The notes: generated from the sequence alone by a model not told the origin. 64,000 bases of DNA from Candidatus Magasanikiibacteriota bacterium (GCA_026396515.1 JAPLWQ010000002.1:193230-257229), one strand, 5' to 3'; shown: positions 1 to 9,576, counted from the first letter of the stretch. Translations and numbers: made by a program.

Positions 1-1438
1 TCCCTGTTTCCGGAGGCTGACCGGTTGGCTCAAAAATAATATTCTGAAAATTAACCGAACTGCCAAGATCATACGTTGATGACTCCAGCCATCCGTTTGC
101 CGAGTAATTTAATCCGATTTTCCTTAATTTAATATCTCCGGCCGGGGAATTTGTTTCCAAATTTCCATCATCGCTAAAATATCTGCCTTCATTCGAATAC
201 TCAACCTGCCCGCTTCCGCCCGACCAATCGGTCTGGCGCGAATACCCCAGGCCGGTGAGCAAAGTGCGGTCTAGCCCTGCCCCATATAAACGCACACTGG
301 CTTCTGACAACGGCAATTTTGTGCCTGCCTCCTGCACATTAACCAACAAATAATTTTCAGAGTATGGCCGGACGATTAATGAAATTTCCTGACTGGCGCC
401 GGCCGCCAAATCAGCCGGCATCATCGGCACTGTACCGCCCAATGTCCATCCGGTGCCGGCGGCAACGAACCAATATTTGTCCCATTCCGCGTTTGACAGG
501 GTATAATCGCCGCTGCCGTTTGTGGTGTGCGCTTCATCGTATTTGAATACATCAGGTTCGCGGCCGATTCTTTTCTCACCTTGCATGGAAACCAATTTAC
601 TCCCCGCGATGCCACAGCTGGGATAAATCGTGCGCACCACAAGCGAGCCAAGACGATCAATGGAAAAATATATCTCGGTCACATTCTGGCTGGTAACGGT
701 CGCCGGCGGTTTAATGGGATTTAATACTGCTTCGCTGGAAGTGGCGGTGTAGTCGGTTGAATACCCGTCTTTTGTCACGATAACATGATAATTGACTGTG
801 CTTGTTGGAACATCAACAATGCGAAGCCAGCCATCATTATCCGTTACGTCTTCAAATGAAAGTGTCGGTGAGGTCGAGGAATTATAGACAAGGACATCTG
901 CTTCAGCTACCGGAGCGCCGGTTGAATCAAAAACGTTTATATATAATGAACCGTTGTTGGTAGCACCCTCCTGATTTTTAGGAGCAACAACAGTACTTAG
1001 TATCACCGGCTCTTTTTGTGAACAACCCGTACAAATCGCGGAAATCTCCACTAATTTATAATCCGCCGGCGACGTATCTTTTGGAATCGTTCCCGTCGCC
1101 ATACCGTCAAAAGGATCGTCGATATTGCGTATAGTGGTTATCACATTAAAATCAATGCCATTGCGATTCATTGTTTTTGTATGAGTCAATAAACCGCTGG
1201 GGATGCCTCCCAGGATGCCTACGCTTGCGTAAGGAATGTTCCGTGCTATTTCCAACTCTTCGCTGAGTATCGCTGTTTCCAAAATTCTCACTCTGGAAAT
1301 ATATACAATTTTATAAATAAAACGTACGCCCTCGTAAACACCGAGTGCGAACAATACAAAAACGGCTATTGCGGCCATTACTTCAATCAAAGTAAAGCCA
1401 CGATTTTTGTTCTTCCTCCTCTTGACATTCATGCGCAT
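1..1438 (-). CDS. Large prepilin-type N-terminal cleavage/methylation protein (minor pilin/adhesin); 3' end outside the window
   Basis: Not in the ORF track because it runs off the edge. The minus strand from ATG 1438/1432 reads MRMNVKRRKNKNRGFTLIEVMAAIAVFVLFALGVY, a class III signal (G|FTLIE), then ...TTIRNIDDPFDG. A TGnTATAAT -10 lies just upstream. Confidence 0.8.
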   Translation of the reverse strand, partial: MRMNVKRRKNKNRGFTLIEVMAAIAVFVLFALGVYEGVRFIYKIVYISRVRILETAILSEELEIARNIPYASVGILGGIPSGLLTHTKTMNRNGIDFNVITTIRNIDDPFDGMATGTIPKDTSPADYKLVEISAICTGCSQKEPVILSTVVAPKNQEGATNNGSLYINVFDSTGAPVAEADVLVYNSSTSPTLSFEDVTDNDGWLRIVDVPTSTVNYHVIVTKDGYSTDYTATSSEAVLNPIKPPATVTSQNVTEIYFSIDRLGSLVVRTIYPSCGIAGSKLVSMQGEKRIGREPDVFKYDEAHTTNGSGDYTLSNAEWDKYWFVAAGTGWTLGGTVPMMPADLAAGASQEISLIVRPYSENYLLVNVQEAGTKLPLSEASVRLYGAGLDRTLLTGLGYSRQTDWSGGSGQVEYSNEGRYFSDDGNLETNSPAGDIKLRKIGLNYSANGWLESSTYDLGSSVNFQNIIFEPTGQPPETG

Positions 1439-1503
1439 ATATTATATCACATAGAGTCCTTTTGATTAACGCCGCGGTTTCTGATAGAATAATAAAAAAC
1501 CAT

Positions 1504-1779
1504 ATGAGGGAAAAGCCGCCGCAAATGGAATGGGGAAAAAGACTAAAACTCGAAAAAATCAATCGGGAAATTATTAAATTGGAAGAAATTGTTGCCAAAA
1601 AGACCGAGGTGGTAAAAAAAATGGAACGCGAACACAGGGCAAGTGTTAGACAAGATACTGATGATCTGGTAATTCTTCAGCAAATATGGGCTGAAGACAA
1701 ACTGAAGGAACCGATTGCAGAAATACGAAAACGTTTAGATGCCCTGCGGGAGGAAAAAGAATCGCTGACGAATTCTTAG
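1504..1779 (+). CDS. Small coiled-coil hypothetical protein
   Basis: ATG 1504 in ORF 1462..1779; E/K/R-rich heptad pattern. Confidence 0.55.
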   Translation: MREKPPQMEWGKRLKLEKINREIIKLEEIVAKKTEVVKKMEREHRASVRQDTDDLVILQQIWAEDKLKEPIAEIRKRLDALREEKESLTNS

Positions 1780-1801
1780 CAAATTTAGTTAATATTTAAA
1801 C

Positions 1802-1883
1802 GGTCCGGTGGTGAAACTGGTATACACGAGGGACTTAAAATCCCTTGCCGCAAGGCGTGTGAGTTCGATTCTCACCCGGACCA
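1802..1883 (+). tRNA. tRNA-Leu(TAA)
   Basis: GGTCCGG/CCGGACC acceptor, AGGGA-CTTAAAA-TCCCT anticodon arm, long variable arm, GTTCGATTC T-loop; no encoded CCA. Confidence 0.95.
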
Positions 1884-1884
1884 C

Positions 1885-1925
1885 TAAATAAACAGACACC
1901 ATAAGGTGTCTGTTTATTTATTTTT
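1885..1925 (+). terminator. Hairpin/terminator after tRNA-Leu
   Basis: TAAATAAACAGACACC-ATAA-GGTGTCTGTTTATTTA followed by a T run. Confidence 0.8.
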
Positions 1926-2179
1926 GGATCGGGTGAGAATCGAACGGGGAAGGGAGAAACCGGGAGGTTTCTCTTTGCTGAGGAAAGATCACGAAAACCC
2001 GAAGGTTTTCGTGAGAGCGAACGACGTGAGCGAGTGAGATTCTCCCCGAACAATTACCTATGATGAAGGTGCCCGCGAGAGGAGCCGAGCGCGTTCAGCG
2101 CGAGGCGACGCGTGAGATTCTCCTCGAACCCGAAGGTTTTCGTGAGAGCGAACGACGTGAGCGAGTGAGATTCTCCCCG
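1925..2179 (+). repeat. tRNA-associated multi-hairpin element, copy 1, with partial tandem duplication
   Basis: Inverted copy of tRNA-Leu 3' end at 1925-1945; core homologous to 9411-9533 and 14615-14749; exact 53-bp repeat 1996-2048 = 2127-2179. Confidence 0.85.
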
Positions 2180-2203
2180 GATATGATCGCCCCTTCCACA
2201 ATA

Positions 2204-2232
2204 TTGACAAACAACCAATAACATGATATAAA
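2204..2232 (+). promoter_or_regulatory. Sigma70-type promoter of orphan gene
   Basis: TTGACA-17bp-TATAAA with TG extension. Confidence 0.65.
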
Positions 2233-2283
2233 TGGGCACAAATCACTCAGCAAGCAACTAAACCAAAAAGGAGGCACTATTCA

Positions 2284-2676
2284 ATGCAGAAATTGGCCCT
2301 AAGCGAAGCAGTGAGGCAATCGCGTCAAATAGCGATTGATCGCATTACGGCAAATGGCGAACATCAAAAAGAATTCGCGTCAGTTATCGAGTGGCACGCG
2401 AAGTACGACTGGGAAGCGGTTTGCCACAAATATGGCATCCCGGTGATCGACCCGGGCGCAACAAACGACGGCGAACTGCCCGACGAAATTGCCGAGCAGT
2501 TGCGCGGCAGGGTTCTCAAACCCGGTATGATTGTTTCCTGGCACGACACCAAGTACATGGTCGTAAAAATCGTCGATCGCGCCCTTACGGAAAGCGACGG
2601 GGTCCCTCACGATCACGATTTCTGCCTCGTCTGCCTGTCTGCTGCCGAACACTTCACCCTCGATCTGCCACACTAG
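2284..2676 (+). CDS. Orphan hypothetical protein (SD-led cassette)
   Basis: 130 aa ORF with AAAGGAGG SD, own promoter and terminator. Confidence 0.75.
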   Translation: MQKLALSEAVRQSRQIAIDRITANGEHQKEFASVIEWHAKYDWEAVCHKYGIPVIDPGATNDGELPDEIAEQLRGRVLKPGMIVSWHDTKYMVVKIVDRALTESDGVPHDHDFCLVCLSAAEHFTLDLPH

Positions 2677-2695
2677 AGATAATGCCCTTTCCTAT

Positions 2696-2726
2696 GGTCC
2701 CGACATCCGTCGGGGCCGTTTTTTTT
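2696..2726 (+). terminator. Rho-independent terminator
   Basis: GGTCCCGAC-ATCC-GTCGGGGCC plus T8. Confidence 0.8.
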
Positions 2727-2765
2727 ATGGACTTTTATACTCCTCTATACTACAATACATCCATT

Positions 2766-3794
2766 ATGAACGAAGAATTCGATATTGAAAATCTGACCAC
2801 GCCTGCTGTGGGCCCCGAGGAGACGGTGTTCGAAAATACCCTGCGGCCATCCGAATTAAAGGATTTTATCGGTCAGGAACAAATCAAACAAAACCTAAAT
2901 ATTTCCGTTCAGGCGGCGAAAAAACGCAGTGAGCCGCTTGAGCACGTTTTGTTGTATGGCAATCCCGGCTTGGGCAAAACCACGCTCGCCCATATTATCG
3001 CCAAAGAAATGAACGCCAATATTAAAGTGACATCCGGTCCGGCTCTGGAAAAAATCGGCGACCTGGCCGCTATTCTTTCAAATTTGGAAGCAGGTGAAAT
3101 TCTATTTATTGATGAAATCCACCGTCTAAATAAAACAATCGAAGAAATACTGTATCCGGCTATGGAAGATTATTCTTTGGATATTATTATCGGTTCCGGC
3201 CCGGCCGCGCGGACAATCCGCATGCCGCTCAATCGTTTCACCTTGATTGGCGCGACCACCAAAATGAGCATGATCAGCGGACCGCTTCGCGACCGGTTCG
3301 GTCATAGTTTTCATCTCAATTTTTACGAACCGTCCGATATTGAACAAATACTTTCCCGTAATGCTAAAATTTTGAACGTTAATATAGACTCCGACTCCAC
3401 TTCACTCATTGCCGGTCGTGCCCGACGCACACCGCGAGTCGCCAATCGCCTGCTAAAACGCGTCCGCGATTTTGCCGAGGTTCATAATGAAGGATTAATC
3501 GATTTAGCGGCGGCAAAAAAGGCATTGGCGCTTCTCTCAATTGACGAGCATGGTCTGGACGATATTGACCGGCGCATACTCACGACAATGATAGAAAAAT
3601 TTGGCGGCGGCCCGGTTGGTTTGAATACTCTGGCGGCAGCGGCAGCCGAAGAAATGGACACGATTGAAGATGTTTATGAGCCATATCTTTTGCAAACAGG
3701 TTTTCTGGAACGCACACCGCGCGGCCGCAAGGCGACGCCACTTGCCTACCGGCATCTCGGTTTTGAAGAACCAAAAAATAATACTCTTTTATAA
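2766..3794 (+). CDS. ruvB: Holliday junction branch migration helicase RuvB
   Basis: LRP..FIGQ, Walker [24 protein letters not shown]; start reassigned to ATG 2766. Confidence 0.97.
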   Translation: MNEEFDIENLTTPAVGPEETVFENTLRPSELKDFIGQEQIKQNLNISVQAAKKRSEPLEHVLLYGNPGLGKTTLAHIIAKEMNANIKVTSGPALEKIGDLAAILSNLEAGEILFIDEIHRLNKTIEEILYPAMEDYSLDIIIGSGPAARTIRMPLNRFTLIGATTKMSMISGPLRDRFGHSFHLNFYEPSDIEQILSRNAKILNVNIDSDSTSLIAGRARRTPRVANRLLKRVRDFAEVHNEGLIDLAAAKKALALLSIDEHGLDDIDRRILTTMIEKFGGGPVGLNTLAAAAAEEMDTIEDVYEPYLLQTGFLERTPRGRKATPLAYRHLGFEEPKNNTLL

Positions 3795-3809
3795 TTCACA
3801 CTGCTAAAT

Positions 3810-4082
3810 ATGATAACAATCCCTCTATATAGTTTCCTGATTATTTTCTTTATTTATCTGGTAATATTCGGGTTGTTCTTCTTAATAAACTTCGGGCATC
3901 TTTTCCAGACCGCTGCGTTAACTTTTACCAGTTTTTTTGTAGCCATATTACTAATCGCCGCCTCACTCGTTGTCCTCTGGGGCACCTGGTATTTTCTTTC
4001 CGACGTTAATTGGCAGCAGAGTGTAACCGTTTTCGACACCGCCTGGTTTGGAAATATTTTATCATTCACAAATTTACAATAA
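3810..4082 (+). CDS. Small membrane protein
   Basis: Two hydrophobic segments; operonic with ruvB. Confidence 0.7.
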   Translation: MITIPLYSFLIIFFIYLVIFGLFFLINFGHLFQTAALTFTSFFVAILLIAASLVVLWGTWYFLSDVNWQQSVTVFDTAWFGNILSFTNLQ

Positions 4083-4094
4083 TTTTTAACTGAT

Positions 4095-4652
4095 ATGGGT
4101 ATTGATTCTTTTATCCACGCCAAATCATACGAGAAAATCATCTGCCGACTGCGGCGCCACTGGTTCACTTTTCTTCCGGCCATTGGTTTTCTAATAGTGC
4201 TTCTGGCGATACCTTTCGCCTTATACTGGATGATTAGCGCTAACTTTTCCGGCTGGCTAATTAGTCCGACCGGCTATCCATTACTTATATTATTTGCCAG
4301 TATTTATTATCTTTCCGTTATTCTTTATTTTTTTACATATTTTGTCACTTTCTATCTGGACGTGCTGATCATGACAAACGACCGGATGGTTGATATCGAT
4401 CAAAACAGCTTGTTTTCCCGCACGGTGGCGGAAGTTGATTTGTACCAAGTCCAGGACGCCTCTTCTGAAGTTAGCGGGGTATTCGCCACGTTATTCAATT
4501 ACGGAAATGTAATTATCCAAACGGCTGGCGCTCTGCCAAAATTCACGTTGCATAATATCCCCAAACCTCACGATATTCGCGAGATGATCCTGGACTTGTC
4601 GGCGGAAGATAAAAAATACCACAGCGAACAAGTGAGGGTCGAGAAAAAATAA
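4095..4652 (+). CDS. Membrane protein with bacterial PH (bPH_2-like) domain
   Basis: RRHW, two TMs, then TNDR..DIDQ..LF, VQD, FNYGNVIIQTAG. Confidence 0.8.
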   Translation: MGIDSFIHAKSYEKIICRLRRHWFTFLPAIGFLIVLLAIPFALYWMISANFSGWLISPTGYPLLILFASIYYLSVILYFFTYFVTFYLDVLIMTNDRMVDIDQNSLFSRTVAEVDLYQVQDASSEVSGVFATLFNYGNVIIQTAGALPKFTLHNIPKPHDIREMILDLSAEDKKYHSEQVRVEKK

Positions 4653-4665
4653 CAGTGGAGCATTA

Positions 4666-4699
4666 AAAAAATACCGGCCTTCCTTGGCCGGTATTTTTG
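4666..4699. terminator. Bidirectional terminator
   Basis: AAAAATACCGGCC-TTCCTT-GGCCGGTATTTTT between convergent genes. Confidence 0.8.
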
Positions 4700-4717
4700 A
4701 TGATTTAGAAAATTGTT

Positions 4718-6607
4718 TTAATATATCCTCTCTACCTGCACACCGGTATAATAATGTTTGAGCAGTTGATCGTATGTCCAGGCGTCTTTATCGGCGCGAT
4801 ATGCCGCATCTTGAGCGCTCATACCTACGCCATGCCCAAACATGCTTTCTCCCACATCATATTTGCACTCAACGCTTACGAGCCACGGTTTATCAGCGCC
4901 TCCCCACACTTGGCTCCAAATTCTGGTTCGTCCATCGGAATGGCCGAAATAGGGCGTAATAACCGGCGTGCCTTGATAAGTCACCATCTCTCCAAAAGTC
5001 GCCCTCTCGGCTTGCACCACGCGCGGCATCAACACTTCGGAATTATATCCCAAATATAGCTGATCGGCGGTTGTAGCCACCACATCAAATGTGCGCTGGT
5101 CGGCCGGAGTACCATTATTCATATGATAATAGGCATAGCTTCTCGCCGCCACGAGCAAGGCCTTAATATATTCCATAGCCGCGCCGTTTGATGTTTCAGC
5201 GATGCCGGCAACATATGTATCAAGCGGCAGCTCATTCACCACCCAAGGAGCGGCGCTATTGTTTGAATATTTAAATTCCATCGTTCCACGATAGGCATTA
5301 AAATTTTTGCTGCCTTTCCAACTTACATAGCGCTCATAATTGACCAGGAAAAAATACGCGTTCGCTTCTTCCGACACAAATCGTACCAGATCTCTTACCG
5401 TGAAACTCAATGAGGCAGCAGTAAAAGTGTACAGGCCGTCACTATATTTTATTTCCGCCAGTTCATTGGCCGGTAATACTCCTTTCAAAATTTCACCCGC
5501 CCAAATTTGATAATTATACGGTGATTGAAAATTAACCGGTTTCTCCACCTTATACAAACCAACACGAATTTTCGGCTCAATAATAAGGGCTCTCGCAGTA
5601 TTATTCGTGAATATCGCTGGAGTGTACCCAACCGGTGCGTCCGCAGTAACTATAACCGGTAATTCCAAAGTTCCACCATCTAACGTATGGCTGTTCGCCG
5701 TAAGCTGAAATCTGGCTGTGTATTCCCCCTGTTCGGCCGGAGCTCTAAAGGCATAACTAATTTCCATTACACCGCCCGGCGCGACGGCTTCAGTTTTTTC
5801 AAAAATCTTTTTTTCACTTATCCAGCTTTGGTCGGCTAAAATTACCCGATCAGAATTTACATCCTTATGACTGCTTCCAGCCTCCTGCCAAAGATAATTA
5901 TTCCATCCGATCGTACCATCATTGCGGTATCGCACTTTGAAATTTATTATATCACCGCCTCTGGCCGAAACTTTCCGCGCGGAAAAAGCAACTAAATTGG
6001 CTTGATATTCGGCGCTAACCTCTTGTGCCTGATCATTAACGCCCTCCGTCGAGTTGCCGGTTGTCTCTTGTGTTGTGGTTGCCGTACTATTATTCGCGTT
6101 AAAGCCACCGGTTGAAGGAATAACTTTTATTTTTAGGAAAAAATAACTGCTCTTTATCCAAGTTTTATTTTCCGCGGCTAAATAATAATCTTCCCGATAA
6201 TCGCCGGTCTTGCTCGGCGCAGTCAGAGTAATTTTTATTTCAGCGATCTGGCCGGGTTTGGCAGTGGCGGATATTTTGGCCACCTGACCCGATGATATCC
6301 AATTGCTTGAAGCAAAGACGCTTTTTCTGTAACCGGGATTGGCCGTATAAAGCGAAACATAATTCGCGCCCGTGTTGTACCAAGTGGCTTTACCGGTATT
6401 TTTTATTTTCACAATTACTTCTCGGCTCTTTCCCGCTTCAATCGTTATGGGATCGGCCACCGACTGGCTGGAATATGACCCTGTATAGTTCAGATCTTTA
6501 AAAGGTGGGGCCACAAAATCAATGGCTTTGGCTGCCGACGCAAAAAATAAGCTCAGAGCAACGGCTAAAGCAATTGAAACATAAAATAATGATTTTTTTA
6601 TCACCAT
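4718..6607 (-). CDS. SpoIID/LytB domain protein with N-terminal NBR1-Ig-like domains
   Basis: Signal peptide, KNTGKATW and RNDGTIGW Ig motifs, VNELPLDTYVAGIAE, KALLVAARSYA, GHGVGMS. Confidence 0.85.
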   Translation of the reverse strand: MVIKKSLFYVSIALAVALSLFFASAAKAIDFVAPPFKDLNYTGSYSSQSVADPITIEAGKSREVIVKIKNTGKATWYNTGANYVSLYTANPGYRKSVFASSNWISSGQVAKISATAKPGQIAEIKITLTAPSKTGDYREDYYLAAENKTWIKSSYFFLKIKVIPSTGGFNANNSTATTTQETTGNSTEGVNDQAQEVSAEYQANLVAFSARKVSARGGDIINFKVRYRNDGTIGWNNYLWQEAGSSHKDVNSDRVILADQSWISEKKIFEKTEAVAPGGVMEISYAFRAPAEQGEYTARFQLTANSHTLDGGTLELPVIVTADAPVGYTPAIFTNNTARALIIEPKIRVGLYKVEKPVNFQSPYNYQIWAGEILKGVLPANELAEIKYSDGLYTFTAASLSFTVRDLVRFVSEEANAYFFLVNYERYVSWKGSKNFNAYRGTMEFKYSNNSAAPWVVNELPLDTYVAGIAETSNGAAMEYIKALLVAARSYAYYHMNNGTPADQRTFDVVATTADQLYLGYNSEVLMPRVVQAERATFGEMVTYQGTPVITPYFGHSDGRTRIWSQVWGGADKPWLVSVECKYDVGESMFGHGVGMSAQDAAYRADKDAWTYDQLLKHYYTGVQVERIY

Positions 6608-6713
6608 GTTTATATTATACCACAACTTTATTTTGTTGTCTTTTCTTTGCTTATACGAGCGGTATTATGATATAATCCACCCGTAACCGCCCCTGTTTTT
6701 CGTTTTCAAACAT

Positions 6714-8135
6714 ATGTCCGAAGTCCGAAAAATCGCCCATAACACCGCCTGGCAGTTGGGCGGAAAAATATTCAGCACGGCGCTTGGCCTCATCGCGGTC
6801 GCCATAATGACCCGCACGCTCGGGGTCGAAAAATTCGGCTGGTATTCAACAGCTGTCGGCTTTTTACAATTTATCGGAATCTTTACCGACTTCGGCTTTA
6901 CTGTTGTAACGGCCAACATGCTTTCCGAACCGGCGCATGATAAAAAACAACTCCTCAACAATTTATTTACTTGGCGGGTTATCACAGCGCTTCTGACACA
7001 GGGGCTCGCGCCCCTGACAATTTTCTTTTTCCCCTATCCGGCTGCGATAAAATGGGCGGTTGTAATAATGGCCTTTTCGTTTGTGAGCATTTCGCTCAAT
7101 CAGGTATTTGTCGCCTATTATCAGACAAAACTGGCCATGCACATTCAGGCAATCGGCGAAGTGATCGGCCGGGTGGTATTGGTAGCCGGCTTGGCTCTTG
7201 CCGCTTTGGGAAATTACGGTTTTTTACCGATGATGATTGCTATAACTGTCTCCTCTTTTGCCTATACCGGTTATCTTTGGTTTCGCGCCGAGCCGCTCCG
7301 CTTTCAGATTAACAGCAATATCAGCAAGGCAATATACAAAAAAATTTGGCCCGTTGCCTTGGCCGTCGTCTTTAATTGTTTTTATCTGCAGGGCGACCGC
7401 TTGATTTTACCTCTCTTTGTTTCACAGACAGAGGTCGGCTTGTATGGCGCCTCATATCGGGTGATCGACATTGTGCTTGCCGTTTCCACAATGATTATCG
7501 GAATACTTCTGCCTCTCATCACTTTCGCCTATTCACGAAATTTGCGGGAAAAATTTGTCGAACAATCGCAACGCGCATTTGATTTAATGGCTTTATTTAT
7601 CTTGCCGATTATCGCTGGCGCACTCGTTCTGGCCGAACCGATAATGCGCTTTGTCGCCGGCAGCGACTTTTCCTCTTCCGGTAAATTTTTGCAAATCCAA
7701 ATCCTGACAATGGTAGGCATCAGCTTTGGCATCGTATCCGGACACATCAATCTTGCAATTAACCGCCAAAAAAGCGCCCTTTGGGTATACATTGTCTGCG
7801 CCATTTTAAGCGTTATCGCATATCTCATTTTCATCCCGAAATTCGGCGGCTTCGGCGCGGCCTGGACAAGAGTCGGCTCGGAAATTTTTGCCGGCGCCGG
7901 GCTGACGATTGCCGCCGGGATTTTTTCCGGCTTCTGGCCGCGGCTTGGCGCTTTCGCGAAAATATTAATTTCGAGCGCGGTAATGGGCTATGCTGTGTAC
8001 ATTATCCAACCATTCAACTTATTTGCCTCAATCATAATCGGTATATTTGTCTATTCAATTTTGGTTTTGGTGTTTCGTGTCATCTCCAAACAGACCCTTC
8101 TCGAGGCGTTTCCTTTTTTGAATAAATTGATGTAA
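6714..8135 (+). CDS. Polysaccharide flippase (Wzx/MOP family)
   Basis: KIAHNTAWQ..TRTLG..FGWY, DFG, VGLYGASYR; many TMs. Confidence 0.88.
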   Translation: MSEVRKIAHNTAWQLGGKIFSTALGLIAVAIMTRTLGVEKFGWYSTAVGFLQFIGIFTDFGFTVVTANMLSEPAHDKKQLLNNLFTWRVITALLTQGLAPLTIFFFPYPAAIKWAVVIMAFSFVSISLNQVFVAYYQTKLAMHIQAIGEVIGRVVLVAGLALAALGNYGFLPMMIAITVSSFAYTGYLWFRAEPLRFQINSNISKAIYKKIWPVALAVVFNCFYLQGDRLILPLFVSQTEVGLYGASYRVIDIVLAVSTMIIGILLPLITFAYSRNLREKFVEQSQRAFDLMALFILPIIAGALVLAEPIMRFVAGSDFSSSGKFLQIQILTMVGISFGIVSGHINLAINRQKSALWVYIVCAILSVIAYLIFIPKFGGFGAAWTRVGSEIFAGAGLTIAAGIFSGFWPRLGAFAKILISSAVMGYAVYIIQPFNLFASIIIGIFVYSILVLVFRVISKQTLLEAFPFLNKLM

Positions 8136-8197
8136 TTCTGTGGTTTTGATACAATAGTAGCTACAAATATATTATTTACCTGTAAAAATATATCCCT

Positions 8198-9250
8198 ATG
8201 GATTTTTCTAAAATGCGCAGTTTTCTTTTTTTGACCCTGCTCGCGGTGGTAACCATAACTTTTATTTGGATTATCAAAACTTTTGCTTTTCCCATTTTTT
8301 GGGCCGCGATCATCGCCGCGGTATTTTATCCTATTTACAAGGCAATCGACCGTAAGTTGAAGGTACCCAACCTGAGCACGGCCATCACTATGATGATGAT
8401 TCTAATCATCATAGTCGTGCCTTTAGTAACAATAAGCATTTTGGTGGTCAACGAATCATTAAACCTGTATACCTCAATCACCACTAACGGCGGACAGATT
8501 AACGAAAGTGTCCGTCACGCCGTGGAATGGGTAAGAAACAATCCCTTTACCGCTCAATTAAATATTGACCAGACATTTTGGACGGAAAAATTTTCCGAAA
8601 TGACCAGGACGATCACCGGTTTTCTTCTGACGAGCGCCAAGGAGCTGACACAAAATTCCATTATTTTCGCCATAATGTTCATGATAACATTTTACACGCT
8701 GTTTTTCTTTATCCGCGACGGCGAAAAACTTCTGAAAACAATTATGCATTTGTGCCCGTTGGGAGATGATCATGAAAAAATGCTTTATAGCAAATTTACT
8801 TCCACAACGCGGGCGACGATCAAAGGGTCTTTAATCGTCGGCCTGATTCAGGGCACACTTGGCTGGCTGATGTTTGTTATTGCCGGTATTCCCGGAGCGC
8901 TTATCTGGGGGCTTCTGATGGTGCTACTCGCTTCAGTACCCGGCATCGGCCCATACTTTGTCTGGCTGCCGGCAGCAATTATTATGATCGCTCTCGGTAA
9001 CACCTGGACCGGCATTTTCATGATCCTCTTTGGTGCGCTGGTTATCGGCACGATTGACAATATCCTACGCCCGATTTTAGTCGGCAAAGATTCGCAGATG
9101 CACCCCTTGATGGTACTACTTTCAACTCTGGGCGGCATCGCCGTATTCGGAATCTCCGGATTCATCATCGGCCCGATCATCGCTTCGCTGATGTTAGCAT
9201 TTTGGGAGATGTACGAACATTCTTACCGGAAAGAATTGGATAAGAACTAA
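8198..9250 (+). CDS. AI-2E family transporter
   Basis: FFFIRDG, IDNILRP, HPLMVLLSTLGG, GFIIGP. Confidence 0.9.
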   Translation: MDFSKMRSFLFLTLLAVVTITFIWIIKTFAFPIFWAAIIAAVFYPIYKAIDRKLKVPNLSTAITMMMILIIIVVPLVTISILVVNESLNLYTSITTNGGQINESVRHAVEWVRNNPFTAQLNIDQTFWTEKFSEMTRTITGFLLTSAKELTQNSIIFAIMFMITFYTLFFFIRDGEKLLKTIMHLCPLGDDHEKMLYSKFTSTTRATIKGSLIVGLIQGTLGWLMFVIAGIPGALIWGLLMVLLASVPGIGPYFVWLPAAIIMIALGNTWTGIFMILFGALVIGTIDNILRPILVGKDSQMHPLMVLLSTLGGIAVFGISGFIIGPIIASLMLAFWEMYEHSYRKELDKN

Positions 9251-9325
9251 AATCACAAATTCAAAACGCTCCGCAATGCGGGGCGTTTTTATGTTCTGGT
9301 CGAACGGCCAACGAGTCCTAATGTG

Positions 9326-9398
9326 TTGCGGGGCCCGGACTTGAACCGGGAACCTTCGGGTTATGGGCCCGACGAGCTGCCAATTGCTCTACCCCGCT
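9326..9398 (-). tRNA. Initiator tRNA-fMet(CAT)
   Basis: Mismatch at 1:72; TCGGG-CCCATAA-CCCGA anticodon arm with three G:C pairs. Confidence 0.93.
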
Positions 9399-9410
9399 GT
9401 TTAATGCTCT

Positions 9411-9533
9411 ATCAAGTGAGGGAATCTCACTCGCCCCTTCGGGGCTCTCACGAAAACCTTCGGGTTTTCGTGGGCTTTCCTCGACAAAGAGAAAACTCCC
9501 GTTTTCTCCCTTTCCCGTTCGATTCCTCTTACC
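9411..9533 (-). repeat. tRNA-associated multi-hairpin element, copy 2
   Basis: Inverted copy of tRNA-Gly(GCC) 3' end at 9517-9533, shared core, degenerate direct copy at 9411-9426. Confidence 0.85.
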
Positions 9534-9576
9534 ACTATAAATCATTTTCGGCATAAATACCCAAAATGATTTATAG

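Noticed and set aside
1977-1997. Hammerhead (CTGAGGA..GAAA) or RNase P (GAGGAAAG) motif in the element core
   Set aside because: There is no stem II between the motifs, CTGANGA is not conserved in the other copies, and the other RNase P conserved regions are missing.
1835-2277. Short ORFs over tRNA-Leu and the repeat element (also 9318-9623)
   Set aside because: Translations of tRNA and hairpin repeats, not genes.
2391-2765. N-terminal extension of RuvB in the ORF track
   Set aside because: It overlaps the SD-led orphan gene and its terminator; RuvB homology begins at ATG 2766.
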